From positions 9,486,001 through 9,550,000 of the forward strand of contig NC_081331.1 of the NCBI RefSeq assembly GCF_022539665.2: a stretch of DNA of 64,000 nucleotides, written 5' to 3'. The notes beneath the pieces were generated by a model. That model was not told the DNA's origin, did no database searches, and was given only the letters and a program-made list of their open reading frames with translations. This document shows, in pieces, positions 25,101 to 37,399 of this stretch. This stretch comes from Daphnia carinata. Lineage: Eukaryota. Position 1 is the stretch's first letter. Each line of letters starts with the position of its first letter. The position numbers and the translations under genes are program-made.

Positions 25101-28100
25101 AATTCGGTCATTTCTGATTTCCTTTTCAAATTTTTGTTGGCTTCCTTTTCTTTTTATTGTTAATTGTATCCGTGTATTAATCATCATCCTAAGTTTTCCT
25201 TAGACTATGTGCGATCACAATGAAAACTGACGATAAGAACAGGGAAGGTCGACAGCAGCAAATTTCACGTACGCTCCGACCCCGAGAGATAATTAGTCAA
25301 ATTTGAAACTGTTTCTCTCGCCCTTTGTTTTTGTTTTTTTAATTATCAAAGGCAAGGAAATTGCATTAATATTATTGTCGAGACCACTCTCTACATGTTC
25401 GCCCTTTTTGTTTCATCAGTTTTTTTTTTTAATGAACAAATCCGATTTTCAGGCTCGTTTGAAGGCTTGCTTGTTGTTGTCTATACAGACTGATCGACCT
25501 TCCCTGCACACGTAGTCATGTTTGTCCTTTTGTTCACTGGTTGACCGATCTATAACATCTAAACATATTCAAATTTTTTTTTTTTTTTTCATTTCAATGT
25601 ATGCGGATTTCCCATCTCGTCTGCAGATATATTTTTACCATCGCCAGTTACTTGATCGGCGTCTTTATCTTCGCCACTATCGTCGGTAAATCGTGAATTT
25701 CATTCAAATGATCCATAAAAAAAAAAAAATATTCATCTTCTTCATTATCAATAGGTCAGGTGGGCAACGTCATCACCAATCGCAATGCCAGCCGATTAGA
25801 ATTCGAAAGACTTTTGGTATACGACGTCAACGTTTTTTATTTGATTGTTTGTTTTTTTTTTAACACTTTCGTTTCATTATCAAATTACAGGATACGGCTA
25901 AATTGTATATGAGACATCACAAAGTACCTCGCAGCATGCAGAGACGAGTTCAGCGTTGGTACGACTACTCGTGGAGCCGGTAATGTACAATTAAAGATGA
26001 AACACCTTTCTCTTTTGCTTTTGCACGCACATCGGAACAGAGAGAGAATCACTAGCCGTTAAATAGTTTTCTAGTGGAGTTGCTAGCATAACGAGATCGT
26101 GTCAGTCCTCATTAACTGACCAAGTTTGAATCGGAAACTGGAGAGTTTCTTAATCAGGCTAGATCTGTCAGATACAAGGGGAGAGCATTGAATGATATTA
26201 CGATACCATCGACCGCTTTGCAAAAAAAAAAAAAAAGGACCTCTTGGATGGCTGTTCTGGACTAGTCCTAATTTAATTTAGTGATGGATGGATATCATGC
26301 CGACCAGATGCGGCAATTGCCTTCTTTCATTTCTAGTTTTTTTTTCTCCAGCCATTTCCATTTTTTTCTTTTTGCTGTCTACTGCACGAGACGTGATTAT
26401 CTTCCATTGTTATGCTCGTTGAAGATATACCGTTCATGGATGATCGAATCAATTTCACCATTTTTACACGCCACTATTTACACTCAGACGAAGAGGAGTT
26501 TAGTTAGCAGATGTTAGTCCATTAGGCGAAGTAAACACCGCAGTTTAAAACGATGCAAAAATTCCTTAAAGTAATCTTCTTAAAAGTGTTCCAGATTCTT
26601 TTTTTTTAATTTGTTCCGAGAGTCGCGACATGACATAAGCTTTTTTTTAAAAAAAAAAATTCCCTTTTCCTTCGGCTTTGTTTGATTGGCAAATGGCACG
26701 CTAGGCTACTCCTATTCAATAATGAAATTGAATTATGGAAAGGGAAAGAAATCCAGGGATTTAGTCTTCGGTCTTCACGCTGGGTTCTGTTCAATTTAGA
26801 TCGTTTACATTCCTTAGCCTTTTCAAGAAGAAGTGGTGTGGAAGAGCGATGTTCCTAATACTGTCGTGCCTCTCAGCCAACAAAAGGGATGTGAATTCTT
26901 GTTGCTACTTGTACAAAAGCTTAATCATGTTCTCCTATCCACTCCCGAAAGACGTGAATTCCTATATTTGTGTGTGTGGCACGATGGGGGCAAAAAAGAA
27001 AAAAAAGGAAATCTCCATCTGTGGTGTTTTTTTCTTGCTTTCAAATATTTACCTTCCGACGTCATCACTTTCTGTGGTGGTAAATGCGAAGGGGACACAG
27101 CTTAAGGTGTTCTCACGCTGTTAGACCGCTTATTTGTCCCTGCTTCTGTCCAACGTGCGATCGTTATACCCATACCAGAATAGGTCTACTCCAATCAATA
27201 AAACGTCTATACTTGATCAGATTGAATCCCTTTTTTTTAAATTATCATATAGCTCTCTGTTTTGATGGGATTTCCTAGTCAAATTGTGAGTGCACTTTTC
27301 TGTTGGTTGCGATGATCGTATTGAGACGATCCGCGCTCGTAACCGTGAGTGAGTTAGCAGAGCTTTGCCGGTTGATTGATCGCTTGATCCACTCGGGCAA
27401 ACTTCAAAAAGAACTAGAAGATGTGGTCGTCTTTTTTTTTTCTCCCCTCAACCTTAACTATCAATATGATGTTAAAAAAAAAAGGGTAATCTTTTGTTTG
27501 GTTTTTTTCATAGGGGGAGAATCCAAGGTGGAGGCGATACGAGTTCTGCATTGCGTATCTTACCGGACAAGTTGAAAACCGAATTGGCACTTCACGTCAA
27601 CTTGGCTACACTGAAGAAGGTAATATAAAGTAAACTTTTGTGTTCTCAACATTAATACGGTCGTAGTAACTGGTTGGCATGCGACGTACAGCACATAGTA
27701 TCCATCCGTCAGCAGTTGAACGGTTTGCAATGCAAGGATAACTTCAGTAAGCAGCAGCAGAGAGGCTAATGGGGGCGCACAGTAACATATTTTTTTCAAA
27801 TGACAACTTCAACTTGTAAGACAACTGACAAAGGGGGATGACATTGTTCAAAAACTTCCGGCCAAGTGTCTTCATTTCCGTAATGGTCCCTCCTACGTTT
27901 CGCTACGTCGACAGTTCTTATGGTCGACATCGTCGGGTTGAAACAAGTGAAGAGCCATTCCTCTGTCTCTCACCGTTCGCTATTCTCCTGCTAATTTTGG
28001 TAAACGTGCATACACCGGGTGACAGCGGAAGGAAGGATCGATACGGCACAGACAGTTCTATTTAAATCTCTGTAACAGTCTGGGTTTTGGATCGTTCCCT

Positions 28101-31100
28101 CAAAAAGAAGAGGAATCCAATACAAAAAAAGAAAAAAACAACGCGAACGTGAGTGTGTTGAATAGCTGATTGCTGTCCTTTTCATATGAAGTCTAGCATA
28201 CAAACGATGGCTGCGTTGTTGCCGAGCCAAAAATGAGAATGACATAAATATCGATTTTCTTCGTCTCTGTTATTCGCTTGCCAATGTGCAGGATCTGTTT
28301 TTAAAAAAATTTACGATCGTGGCTTTATCGAATTTATATTCTTGGTTTTATTTTTTTTTAAATTTTAGGTGAGTATATTCAAAGAATGCCAACCGGAATT
28401 CTTGCACGATCTTGTGCTGAAAATGCGAGCCTCTATTTTCACGCCGGGTGACATGATCTGCCGACGCGGTGAAGTAGCCCGTGAAATGTTCATCATCGCC
28501 GATGGAATTCTTGAAGTCATCAGGTAAAGTGCCAGCCCTGTGTCGTTGTTTTTTCTACATCACACGCTCCGTTTGCGAATGGATTTCACGAAACCAATGG
28601 CTTCCCTGTTTGATTGTGTTAGCATTTTAATTCACATTCAATGCAAACAAGCTGCATTTCATAGTTTGTGACTGGGCTTTTCCAGAAGAGCTTTTTAAAG
28701 CAGACTTTAAACATAAGAGTATCTAACGGAAATGCAAATAACAACACCAATAAAACGAATAAAACAATAAAAACAAGGAGGAAATAAAAGAAACGCTATA
28801 ACGTTATACCCTACAAGCGCATTTACATTATTTTTGTGGCTATCTTATTTTCGGAGTAGTGAGACGGGAAAGGTATTGACCAGCATGAAGGCCGGCGATT
28901 TTTTCGGCGAGATTGGCATCCTCAATTTAGACGGACTAAACAAGTAAGAAAAGCTGCACGACATTATTGTCCTGTCCCGCTCACGCGATTTTGCTTCAAG
29001 TTCTCTTCTATGTTTACGACGGATCGTTTTCTTTTGTTACGTAGGCGAACGGCAGATGTCCGATCCGTTGGCTATGCCGAACTCTTCAGTTTGTCCAGGG
29101 AGGATGTCCTGTCCGCCATGAAAGATTATCCGGAAGCCGAAGTAATCGATCTATGAATTCAGCAATTGTTCCATCCGACGTATCTCGAGGCATTAAACGT
29201 TAACATTTCGAAAATGATTTCATTTCAATTGCAGGAAATTCTGTTGAGTTTGGGACGAAAACGGCTGATAGAGGCGCGCAAGATGGCCAGCCAACATCGG
29301 GCTCAAATGGCGCGTAAAGGTCTGCTGGCTTTGGAACGGGCGGCCCAGCTGAGAGCCCAACAGCAGGAGGCAACGGTGGATGCAGTGACGTCCAGCGCGG
29401 CTGAAGGATCGACCCAGTCCGCAGCTGCCAAATTCACCGAACGGATTCGCAGTGACGTCTTTGGATTGAAAAAGGCCATCAGTAAAAGCTTCAAAGAATC
29501 AAGAAGGTGAGCTGTCCACATATCCAATTTCCAAGCATCAGCCGGAATACTTTTTTTTTAATGTTAGAAAACACATCCGTTTGTAAGCTCGTCCGCTAGA
29601 TGCCAGTTGGTGCTGCGAGCCGGAAGCAAAAAAATATTCGATCCCAACATTTTTTTTCTTTTTTAAAAAATGCCTTTCACATCGGGAACGTACATAAAGA
29701 TGAAAACAATTTTTTCTATTGACATTGCTGTTAGTTGAACCTGAACGTTTACAGCTATGAAAATCGCAATGTTAGGATTAGCGTGTTTTCAAACGATCGG
29801 CCCAACGGTTGCCTACTGTTGCGAGACCGAAGGGGAATCATAAAATCTGATCTCACAAGCAACGCCTTTGTTTGGCGGTTGGAAAAAAAAAATAGGCAAT
29901 CAAGCGCTTCCGCTTACATCATAGTTCCCATTTTTTTCCGTTTTCTCTTCGTTGTTGAGGTTAGTCCCCCCCCCCCTCCCCTCTGGCATGTTCTCACGCC
30001 AACACCAAAATGATAATTACCGGACGAAGAGCGGATTTTGAAACTATTGTTCCAACGTCAAACTTAACCATGTATGAAAATGTGTGTTGGGTTTTGTTCC
30101 GGCAGGCCAAAGAGTGATAGCCCGACCATCGAAATGGGCACTTACGGCGGCGTGGGTTCCACGTTAGGCGGATTGTCCAAAGCCAGTTCGGTACCGCTAG
30201 GAAATTCGACGTTGATGTCGATGTCTCCTTCCGGTTCCAAGTCTCACCTACTACGACGGATGCCACGCGTCGCTAGCGATGAAGCCCAAGCTACACACAA
30301 CAGCTCCAATGAAGACTGCCGTTTGACCCAGCCTTTGCTTCAGAAGCCGGAATCGCCCGTAAAATTTGATTTTAAAATGGTGGACGCATTTCTTTTTTTT
30401 TTTTTCCTGATTTTCTCTTTCGCAAAAAAACAAGGTGGAAGTCATCGGTGCCGGATTGCCTCTGTTCCAGCGATTGAAGCTACTACGGCAAAGAGAACTT
30501 GAAAGAGAGAAACAACAACAACAAGAACAAGAGGCTTCACTAGCCAAAGCGGAAGAAGCGGAAACAGTGCGAGCACTGCAACAAGTTTCAGTCGCTCTGG
30601 AAGCGACGACAGATGGCGTTAGTGGCAAATCTACTCCGCCACCCGCTTCAACCCCTCCATCGCAAATGCGGGACGATAAACAAGCCCGGCACATTAGTTT
30701 CCTCGATGAAACTTTGCCTGAGAAGAAACGCGATTACGTTCCAGTTGATCCGCCGAAAGTTCGAGGAAAATCTGCTCGCTGGACGCTGCCCGGCATGGTG
30801 AGTAAGACGAGCGAAGCCGCAAAATTGGGCAAGACGAGGCTGTCCCGTTTGAACACCATCAAACAAGCGTCGTCGTCGTCTTCGGCAATTGATTCCCTGG
30901 AACAAGCCGAACCACCGCCGCCTCTAATACCTTCACTTCCGCCCACTCCGCCATTCTGGCAATCCAGCAAGCCGTGTCCATCGCCACCTCCGCGACCACA
31001 GGCTCCTCCTCGGCCGCCAGCTCCTCATTTTCCTGGTCTCGGCATGCGCCGCAAGAAGCCGCCAAGGAGGGCGCAGACGATGCGGCCGGAAGATTCTCCG

Positions 31101-33516
31101 TGTTCCGTTCCAGAAGCGGACGTACCGTATCAATCGGATCAGTCGTTCCGTTCGATGATGAAACAGCCGTGGCACTGGAGCAGCGACTTGGTCCAGCAGT
31201 CGACAACGCCGCCATTATCGTCCAAGTCGAGACCATCAGGTCCGGCTGTAGGGCCACATGCTGGTAGGCGATTTTCACGCCAAAACACAATTCAAGTTGT
31301 CTCGGATGTTCAGGGAGTCTTGAGTGATATCCTGCGCGATATCGTGCCCAATTCAAAAACATCCAACCGTCCCGCCTCAGCCAAACCTTTGAAGGCCAAC
31401 CCATCCGTTCAGTCACCCGCATCTGTGGATTACGGTACGTCATCCATCATCCACCATTCATTTTTTTTTTTTTTTAAATTCTAAAATTTTCACGTGTTGT
31501 TTTTTATGTTTTATTTACGTGTGTAAATTAGGAGCCACGAGACAACCGACAACCAACTGGGAATCGGTTAGGCACGAGACGATTGTTGGTGATCGACCGC
31601 CGCAACGGCCGCATCGGTTAAATCTGCGTCAGTGCAAGAACCGCAGCTCGCGGGACTATAATTCCATCGACGATTTGTCGCCGGAATACACCGTTTTGCC
31701 GTTCGTGAAGCGGCTAAAAATCCTCAACGAGCGGCAGAAGATTGTCGAACTGCAGAAAGCGCTGACGACGACGGCCACGTCGATGGCGAGCGGAACGAGC
31801 GGAGACAGAAGTTCGACGTCGATCGCGCCAACTCAGAACGCGAGTTCGAGTCAAATGGCGGCCACAGAGGGCGACGATAAGTCGGCGCTGGTGAGTGCCG
31901 AGTGCAACGAGACGCCCGAACGCGTTTGTTTGAAGAAGATGCTCAAATCAGCGTCTCGCAAAGAGATGCTCCTGCCGCAGGACAAGAGTCATCGCATGAA
32001 ATTGCTGCGTTCGCAAACGGTCGAAGGCTACGCCATCCGTCATTCGAATTTCACCAAACTCAATCATCAACGCGTCAAGAACAATCACAGAATCGCTCAA
32101 ACTATGCCGTCTCCTCCGCCGATGCCGTTGTATCAACCGGCGGATCCTGCTGTTAGGCCGCCAACACCTTTACCCGCTGACCAGGATCTTCGTGAATTTA
32201 ATTCGATAGGAGTCGAACAGAAGCAGCTGTCTTTCTTCAAAACCAGCGGACAAGATGGCGTTAAAGAGGAATGTGTAGCCGAATTGCTGACGGCTATCAA
32301 AACTGTCTTGCAAGACCGCCTGGTAAAAATTGGACATTCCCGTTCTTTCCCTTTTCTTTTTTTTTTCTTGATATTTCCTGTAGCAATAAAAGTATTTTGA
32401 CTGAAAATGAATGACTCTTTTCCGGTTGCGGATAGGACGAAATTCAGGCCCGCTTCCAAGCTCAAATTCTTCGCTTGCAGAGCGAAGTGGAGAAGAAGGA
32501 CCAACTTATTTGCCAATTAGAAATTCAATTGGAATCGCTCGGACTCCAACCGGTTGTACCTGTTCACCAGGTCAGCTCAGAAACGCATTCGGAGCGAGAA
32601 GAGCAAACGAGTTCCATCGAGAGTGACGAAGAGGATGACGACGACAGTAGAACTTTGCGCTATTTTGCGGTCAGTCTCGTTCGAAAGAAACCGGATTGTT
32701 TGATATATATAAAAAAACAAAAAAAAAAAAAAACAAACAAGAGCAATAATCATTTTCTAATTATGTATGCAGAGATCTGTCTCGAAAGGTTCATTTATTC
32801 ACCTGGCACCGGCAAGCCCTGCAGCCTCCCAGCTGCCATCGCCTGATAGTCATCCGAAAAGTCCGTGCCTATCGGTGGATGACATGCTCGACTCGGCGGC
32901 TGAAGAACTACCTTCGACGGCCGTTCTCAATCCGGAGCCCCTGTGGCAGTTGGAATTCGGTTCGTGCTGGCAGCGGATGCAATCTTCGACGACACCCGTC
33001 ACCAGCAATCCGAGGGACATCATCCTAGATATTGAGGAAAGCAGTTTGAGTAGCGTGAGTAGCAGTAGCGGAACCGAAACCGGCTCTTCAGCCAGACGGA
33101 AAAAATTGAGAGCCACAATGAGCTTGGATGTGGCGGGTTCCAGACGGCAGCCAGCCGCAACGGCTGGAGTGTTGAAAACACTATCGGCGCGGAGCGAGTC
33201 CCGCTCCCCGTCGGTCCCCTATAATCCAAATTGGGAGATCTTGATGTTAGCCGAATCGCTGGATAAAGACGAAGAAAACGAAGATGATTTCGATGGACAA
33301 TCTCTGCCAGGGCGACTGCGTCCGGAAGAACTTCCGGCGGCCCTCCCGGCGGTTGTTCGCCGGCGCCGATCCTTGCGATCGTCAGCATCGGTCGATCCGC
33401 AAACGATGGGCAGTGCCAAATCGAAAAAGATGATAGAGAAATGGTACTGGAGTTATCCGCCTCCGAATCAGGACGAGCCGGCCGACTTTCCCGCAAAGTC
33501 CGACGGTGGGAAATGA
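16147..33516 (+). CDS. cngl: Cyclic nucleotide-gated cation channel, CNGL-type with very long C-terminal tail (~1790 aa)
   Basis: Exons 16147-16149 (ATG only, tentative), 19414-19733, 20791-21049, 22473-23065, 23616-23870, 25627-25685, 25755-25816, 25891-25979, 27514-27619, 28369-28523, 28860-28943, 29045-29141, 29235-29506, 30106-30358, 30435-31434, 31532-32322, 32436-32669, 32773-33516; phases are consistent. Pore YWSTLTLTTIGDLPTP, S6 IFATIVGQVGNVI, C-linker, CNBD FFGEIGILNLDGLNKRTADVRS. Confidence 0.93.
18229..18242 (+). promoter_or_regulatory. Near-palindromic RFX X-box in first intron/upstream region of the CNG channel gene
   Basis: GTTGCCATGGTAAC, a full consensus match. Confidence 0.6.
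24237..24470 (+). CDS. Putative alternative cassette exon of the CNG channel (78 codons, between pore loop and S6)
   Basis: Acceptor cgttacag, donor GG|gtccga (weak), 234 nt, phase 2-2 matching the host intron, no stops, GC-rich island in an AT-rich intron. Confidence 0.6.
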
Positions 33517-36500
33517 CGTCAGACAACAACCGAGAACAGCAGTGCATAGAGGCAAAACATTTGCATTGTTTTGTTTTTGTTTACATACATTTCAACGACT
33601 TTGTTCCACATCCCTCCCTTTTGGAATATATAAGTTCCGCATCAAGATCTCACCCTTTTTCGATTACGCAGTACATAGCATTGTGTCGTGATCTCATTTA
33701 ACACGTTTTAAAATCAAATGAAATTTTTTCCTTTTTTTTTTTTTTTTGGAACAAAAATTTAAAAAAAAACATTTCGTCGTCTGCCCAAAACGATTTGAAC
33801 GCGTGTTGCGGTGCTGAAAGTCGTTCCCAACAAATTACAAGTATAAATAGTAAAAAAAAAAAAAAAAACTGTCCCTGTTGTTTTGTTCCGTTTTTTCTTT
33901 TTTCTCCTCGATGATGATGATGATAGATGCTCTTGTGGCTTTGAAATTATAATAAAAAATTCATCCAGTAAAAAAAAAAAAGAAATGAAGAATCGTGCCG
34001 TTAGTAAACATCCATCACTTTCCACAATCATCTTCCCAGTTTCAGACCTCAATTACGGTTACCTGATGATGTGAATTGAATCGCCATGGATACGGCCAAA
34101 GACGAACGTTGAAGATGGTGGAAATACGAACACACACACAAAAAAAAAACACGTGGCCATCGTTCGATCTTAGATGTGACCGAAATTGAGGGCATGAAAC
34201 GAAAACGACGACAATGATGATTCAAAACGGAATGGCGAAAATAAAGAGAACACGTGAACGCAGTGCAAGGCTGCTTCTGGCGTAACTAACAACATCGTCG
34301 GCATAACGGTTCCGCGTTGTGGAGGGTTTCATTCTTTTTCTTTCTCCCCGGCGCTATTTCGGACAGACTTCACGGCCCGTTGATCGTCACATTTTTTTTT
34401 TTTCATTGATAAAATAAAAAGTAAGAATCAAATGAAAAATTCTTTTCTAACCGAGAGACGTTTTGAATAAGAAAAATGCAGTGAACCAAATTCTATTTCG
34501 TTTCAGTTTTCCCTTGTCTGTCATCACGATTACACGTGTCTGCTTCCATTCGTCGGGGGTACGACAGCTCATTAAATAATGTTATGCTAGTTTATTTTTA
34601 AAAATCCACTCCCCCGTCCCCTAACGGCCTGTCCATGTGACAAAGTTCTTCTATTTTTCCAGGCCTGAAGCAAAAAAGACGTTAGAGCTCGAGTAAGGTA
34701 ATTACCCCGCTGGTTTTTTTCATACAGCTGTTTCGAACCGTTCGGGAGCCCAAAGTCTTGCGCTGACATGATTACACTCGCCGGGGAAACCGAACGACCC
34801 AACTGTTTTCTTTAGCTGAGAGCAAATGGTCCCTTTATCACCGGTTTTCTACCCGACTACATATCTCATGTCTGTCTTACACCCTTTTAGACTTCTGAGA
34901 ATATCAGCTCTCTAGTTTAGGCAACTAGTCAAAAGAAAACAAAAAAAGGGATGTATAAATCGATATAACCCGAGGAGTAGCCACAGAAAAGCAGCTCAAG
35001 ATGGAGCTTGCGCGAACCACAAAATGTGGTCCCGTTTCTCCCCCTGTCCGGTCGACACACACAAATAAAAGAACAACAGAATGGAAGTGAAAGCTTGGAA
35101 ACAATCGACGGTTTATTATATTGGTACTTTCGTCAACCACTGGACGGAAATCATAATGACAACTTGCCATTGTTTGCGTAATAATAACTAGGTGAAGGAA
35201 ACTTACACGAACTGACATTCTTTGTACGTTTTGTAGCAGAACAGATATGATAAGGGTGCGAGGCGCGGCAACTTTCAGGTTGCTGAACCTCATTCGTTAA
35301 GCTCCTCCCCCTGCATCAACCCTCCATACCCCCCCATCGCGTACACCGATGGCGGCCACAACAAACTCGAGAACCCAGCACTACTGACGTTTCTCTTTCG
35401 GCTTCTTCGTTTTGCCCCTACGATTTCGTTTGCAAAACATGTCCCATCCTTAGATCTGGACATTGGTCGATATCAACTTAACGAAATTCACCACACACGA
35501 AACCAAACAAGTAAGTGTCAACTTCGTTCGGCTAAAAAAAAAAGTTCTTCAATTGTTCTCGTGTGCTGATGGGGGGGGGGGGGGGGATGCAAGCGACAGA
35601 TGTAGGGGCCAGATCTTAAAACGTGATCTTGTGTCTGGCATCTCCCAACTCCCCTCGCTACCCTACTCGTTCGTGTTTACATTCACATGTTCTTTATCTC
35701 TTGAGTAAGTCGAACCAAGTCCAGTAGAATTTTCAGAACGCGCGTAATAAGACTAATCAAGTTAAGACAGGCTGAAGCCCTAGGTTCGAACTTCTTTTGA
35801 TCGTCAGGGAAATGCTTCGTAACACGCGAGATGCTTTAGCGTTACCGGCTTTTGCGTGAACATCCAATTAGCTACATCATGCACGATTCATCGACATTGC
35901 ATGATAAAGGCAAATATGTTAAAGTCGTAAAACGTGTTTAATTTTGACTGAGTCTTCTTCGTTTTACTCTCTTTTCATGCTGAAGCATTCAAAGAACGTC
36001 CATACAGTTCCTCTCTGTCGCTGTCCCCCCCCTTTGTACGTCTGGTATCCGGTTATTTTTAATGGCGGCCCATTGGGGTTGAGTTTGCTCCCCCGTAAGT
36101 TTGGGAAAAAGAGATTTTTCAGCCTACATTATCTTTTGTACAGCTGTTACCCGATTTCCCTGCAACGGGATACACAGTACAGAGAGCTGAGATCGGTTTT
36201 CCCCGTAGCGAATTATTCTTCACGCTCTCGCACTTAAAAAAGCATTTTATCATGTAGCCAAAAAAACGAATCAACTGTAACTTAATACGCCAGCTCTTTC
36301 AAAGCGGGACGAACAGCCTTTGGTTTCAATGCACACAGAAAAAAAAGACAACAAACAATCGACTCGTTTAACCGGACTCAATCCGCCCAATCACCGTGAA
36401 AATAACCACCCGCACTACGTCCTCCCCATGACCTCATTTGTTTTTCATTGTTTTGTCTTTTTTATTATTATTATTATTATTTAATTTCACTTTTCATTGC

Positions 36501-37399
36501 ATCGCATTTCAAAATCGATGCCCTCTTCTGTGGGGGATGTGAGGCGAATATGTGAGTTTGTTTTCCATGCCCGTGAGGTATCTCAGAACCACCGTTCAGT
36601 GGTCTGAATCCGTGTGCAGTCACGCCATCACCTTTTACAAAACAAAAACAAATCTGAACGTCACAGAACAAAAGACAGAGAGCATATACGCACCTTTCGT
36701 CCTTGAAAGAGAGAGACAGGGTTTGATAATAAATTGAAATCGGAAAGGGGCGAAAAGGAAATCGTTACGAGGAGACTTTTTTTTAGAACAGAGAAACTAG
36801 CGAAGAAAGGGGGTTGTTTATTTCCCACGTTCTACACGCCTCCCGGCTGCGGATGTTGCGTTTTTTTTTAGCAGGAGGGAAAAAAAAATTGTGCGGTTAC
36901 ATTCATGAACATTTAGATGCGGTGCCCTTTTCTCTTTGTGTATGCCGTGCTGGTCACAAAATGAGATTTCACAGTGTGTCGAACAGAAAACGATAAGTCT
37001 TTCCATATTGTCAAATTTTTCTATATCCTCCGGCAAGCTATTCTTGCGTGACTTGGGCGGACGGCGTCAGTGTTTTGTTTTGCTCCGCCATGCGGCCATT
37101 GTTGATTCAAACTTGAATGATAAAACTACGTATACAACGAGTATGCCGCATAAACACACTAGGCAAGCACGATCATTGAGCAGCAGGATAGATGTGTGTG
37201 GCTTTGCAAGTAAATTGGACATCACGCGTTGCAGGCATAGAACGCACGCAATTCGTTACTCACGATCTCAACCTTGCCCTCAAAAATGACTTCATGACTG
37301 TTGTTTCGGCCTGTGTGCGAATAAGCAAGCAAATTCCACAACCTTGTTTCAAAGTTTTCCCTTAGTAACACTTTTTTCTTTCCTATATTGCAGACAATA

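Noticed and set aside
19960..34400. Many long A/T/G/C homopolymers and Phe/Lys-rich short ORFs in channel introns
   Set aside because: Ordinary low-complexity intronic sequence; the ORFs are artefacts.
35770..35800. GGTTCGAA B-box/T-loop-like motif
   Set aside because: No cloverleaf stems or A-box at the proper spacing.
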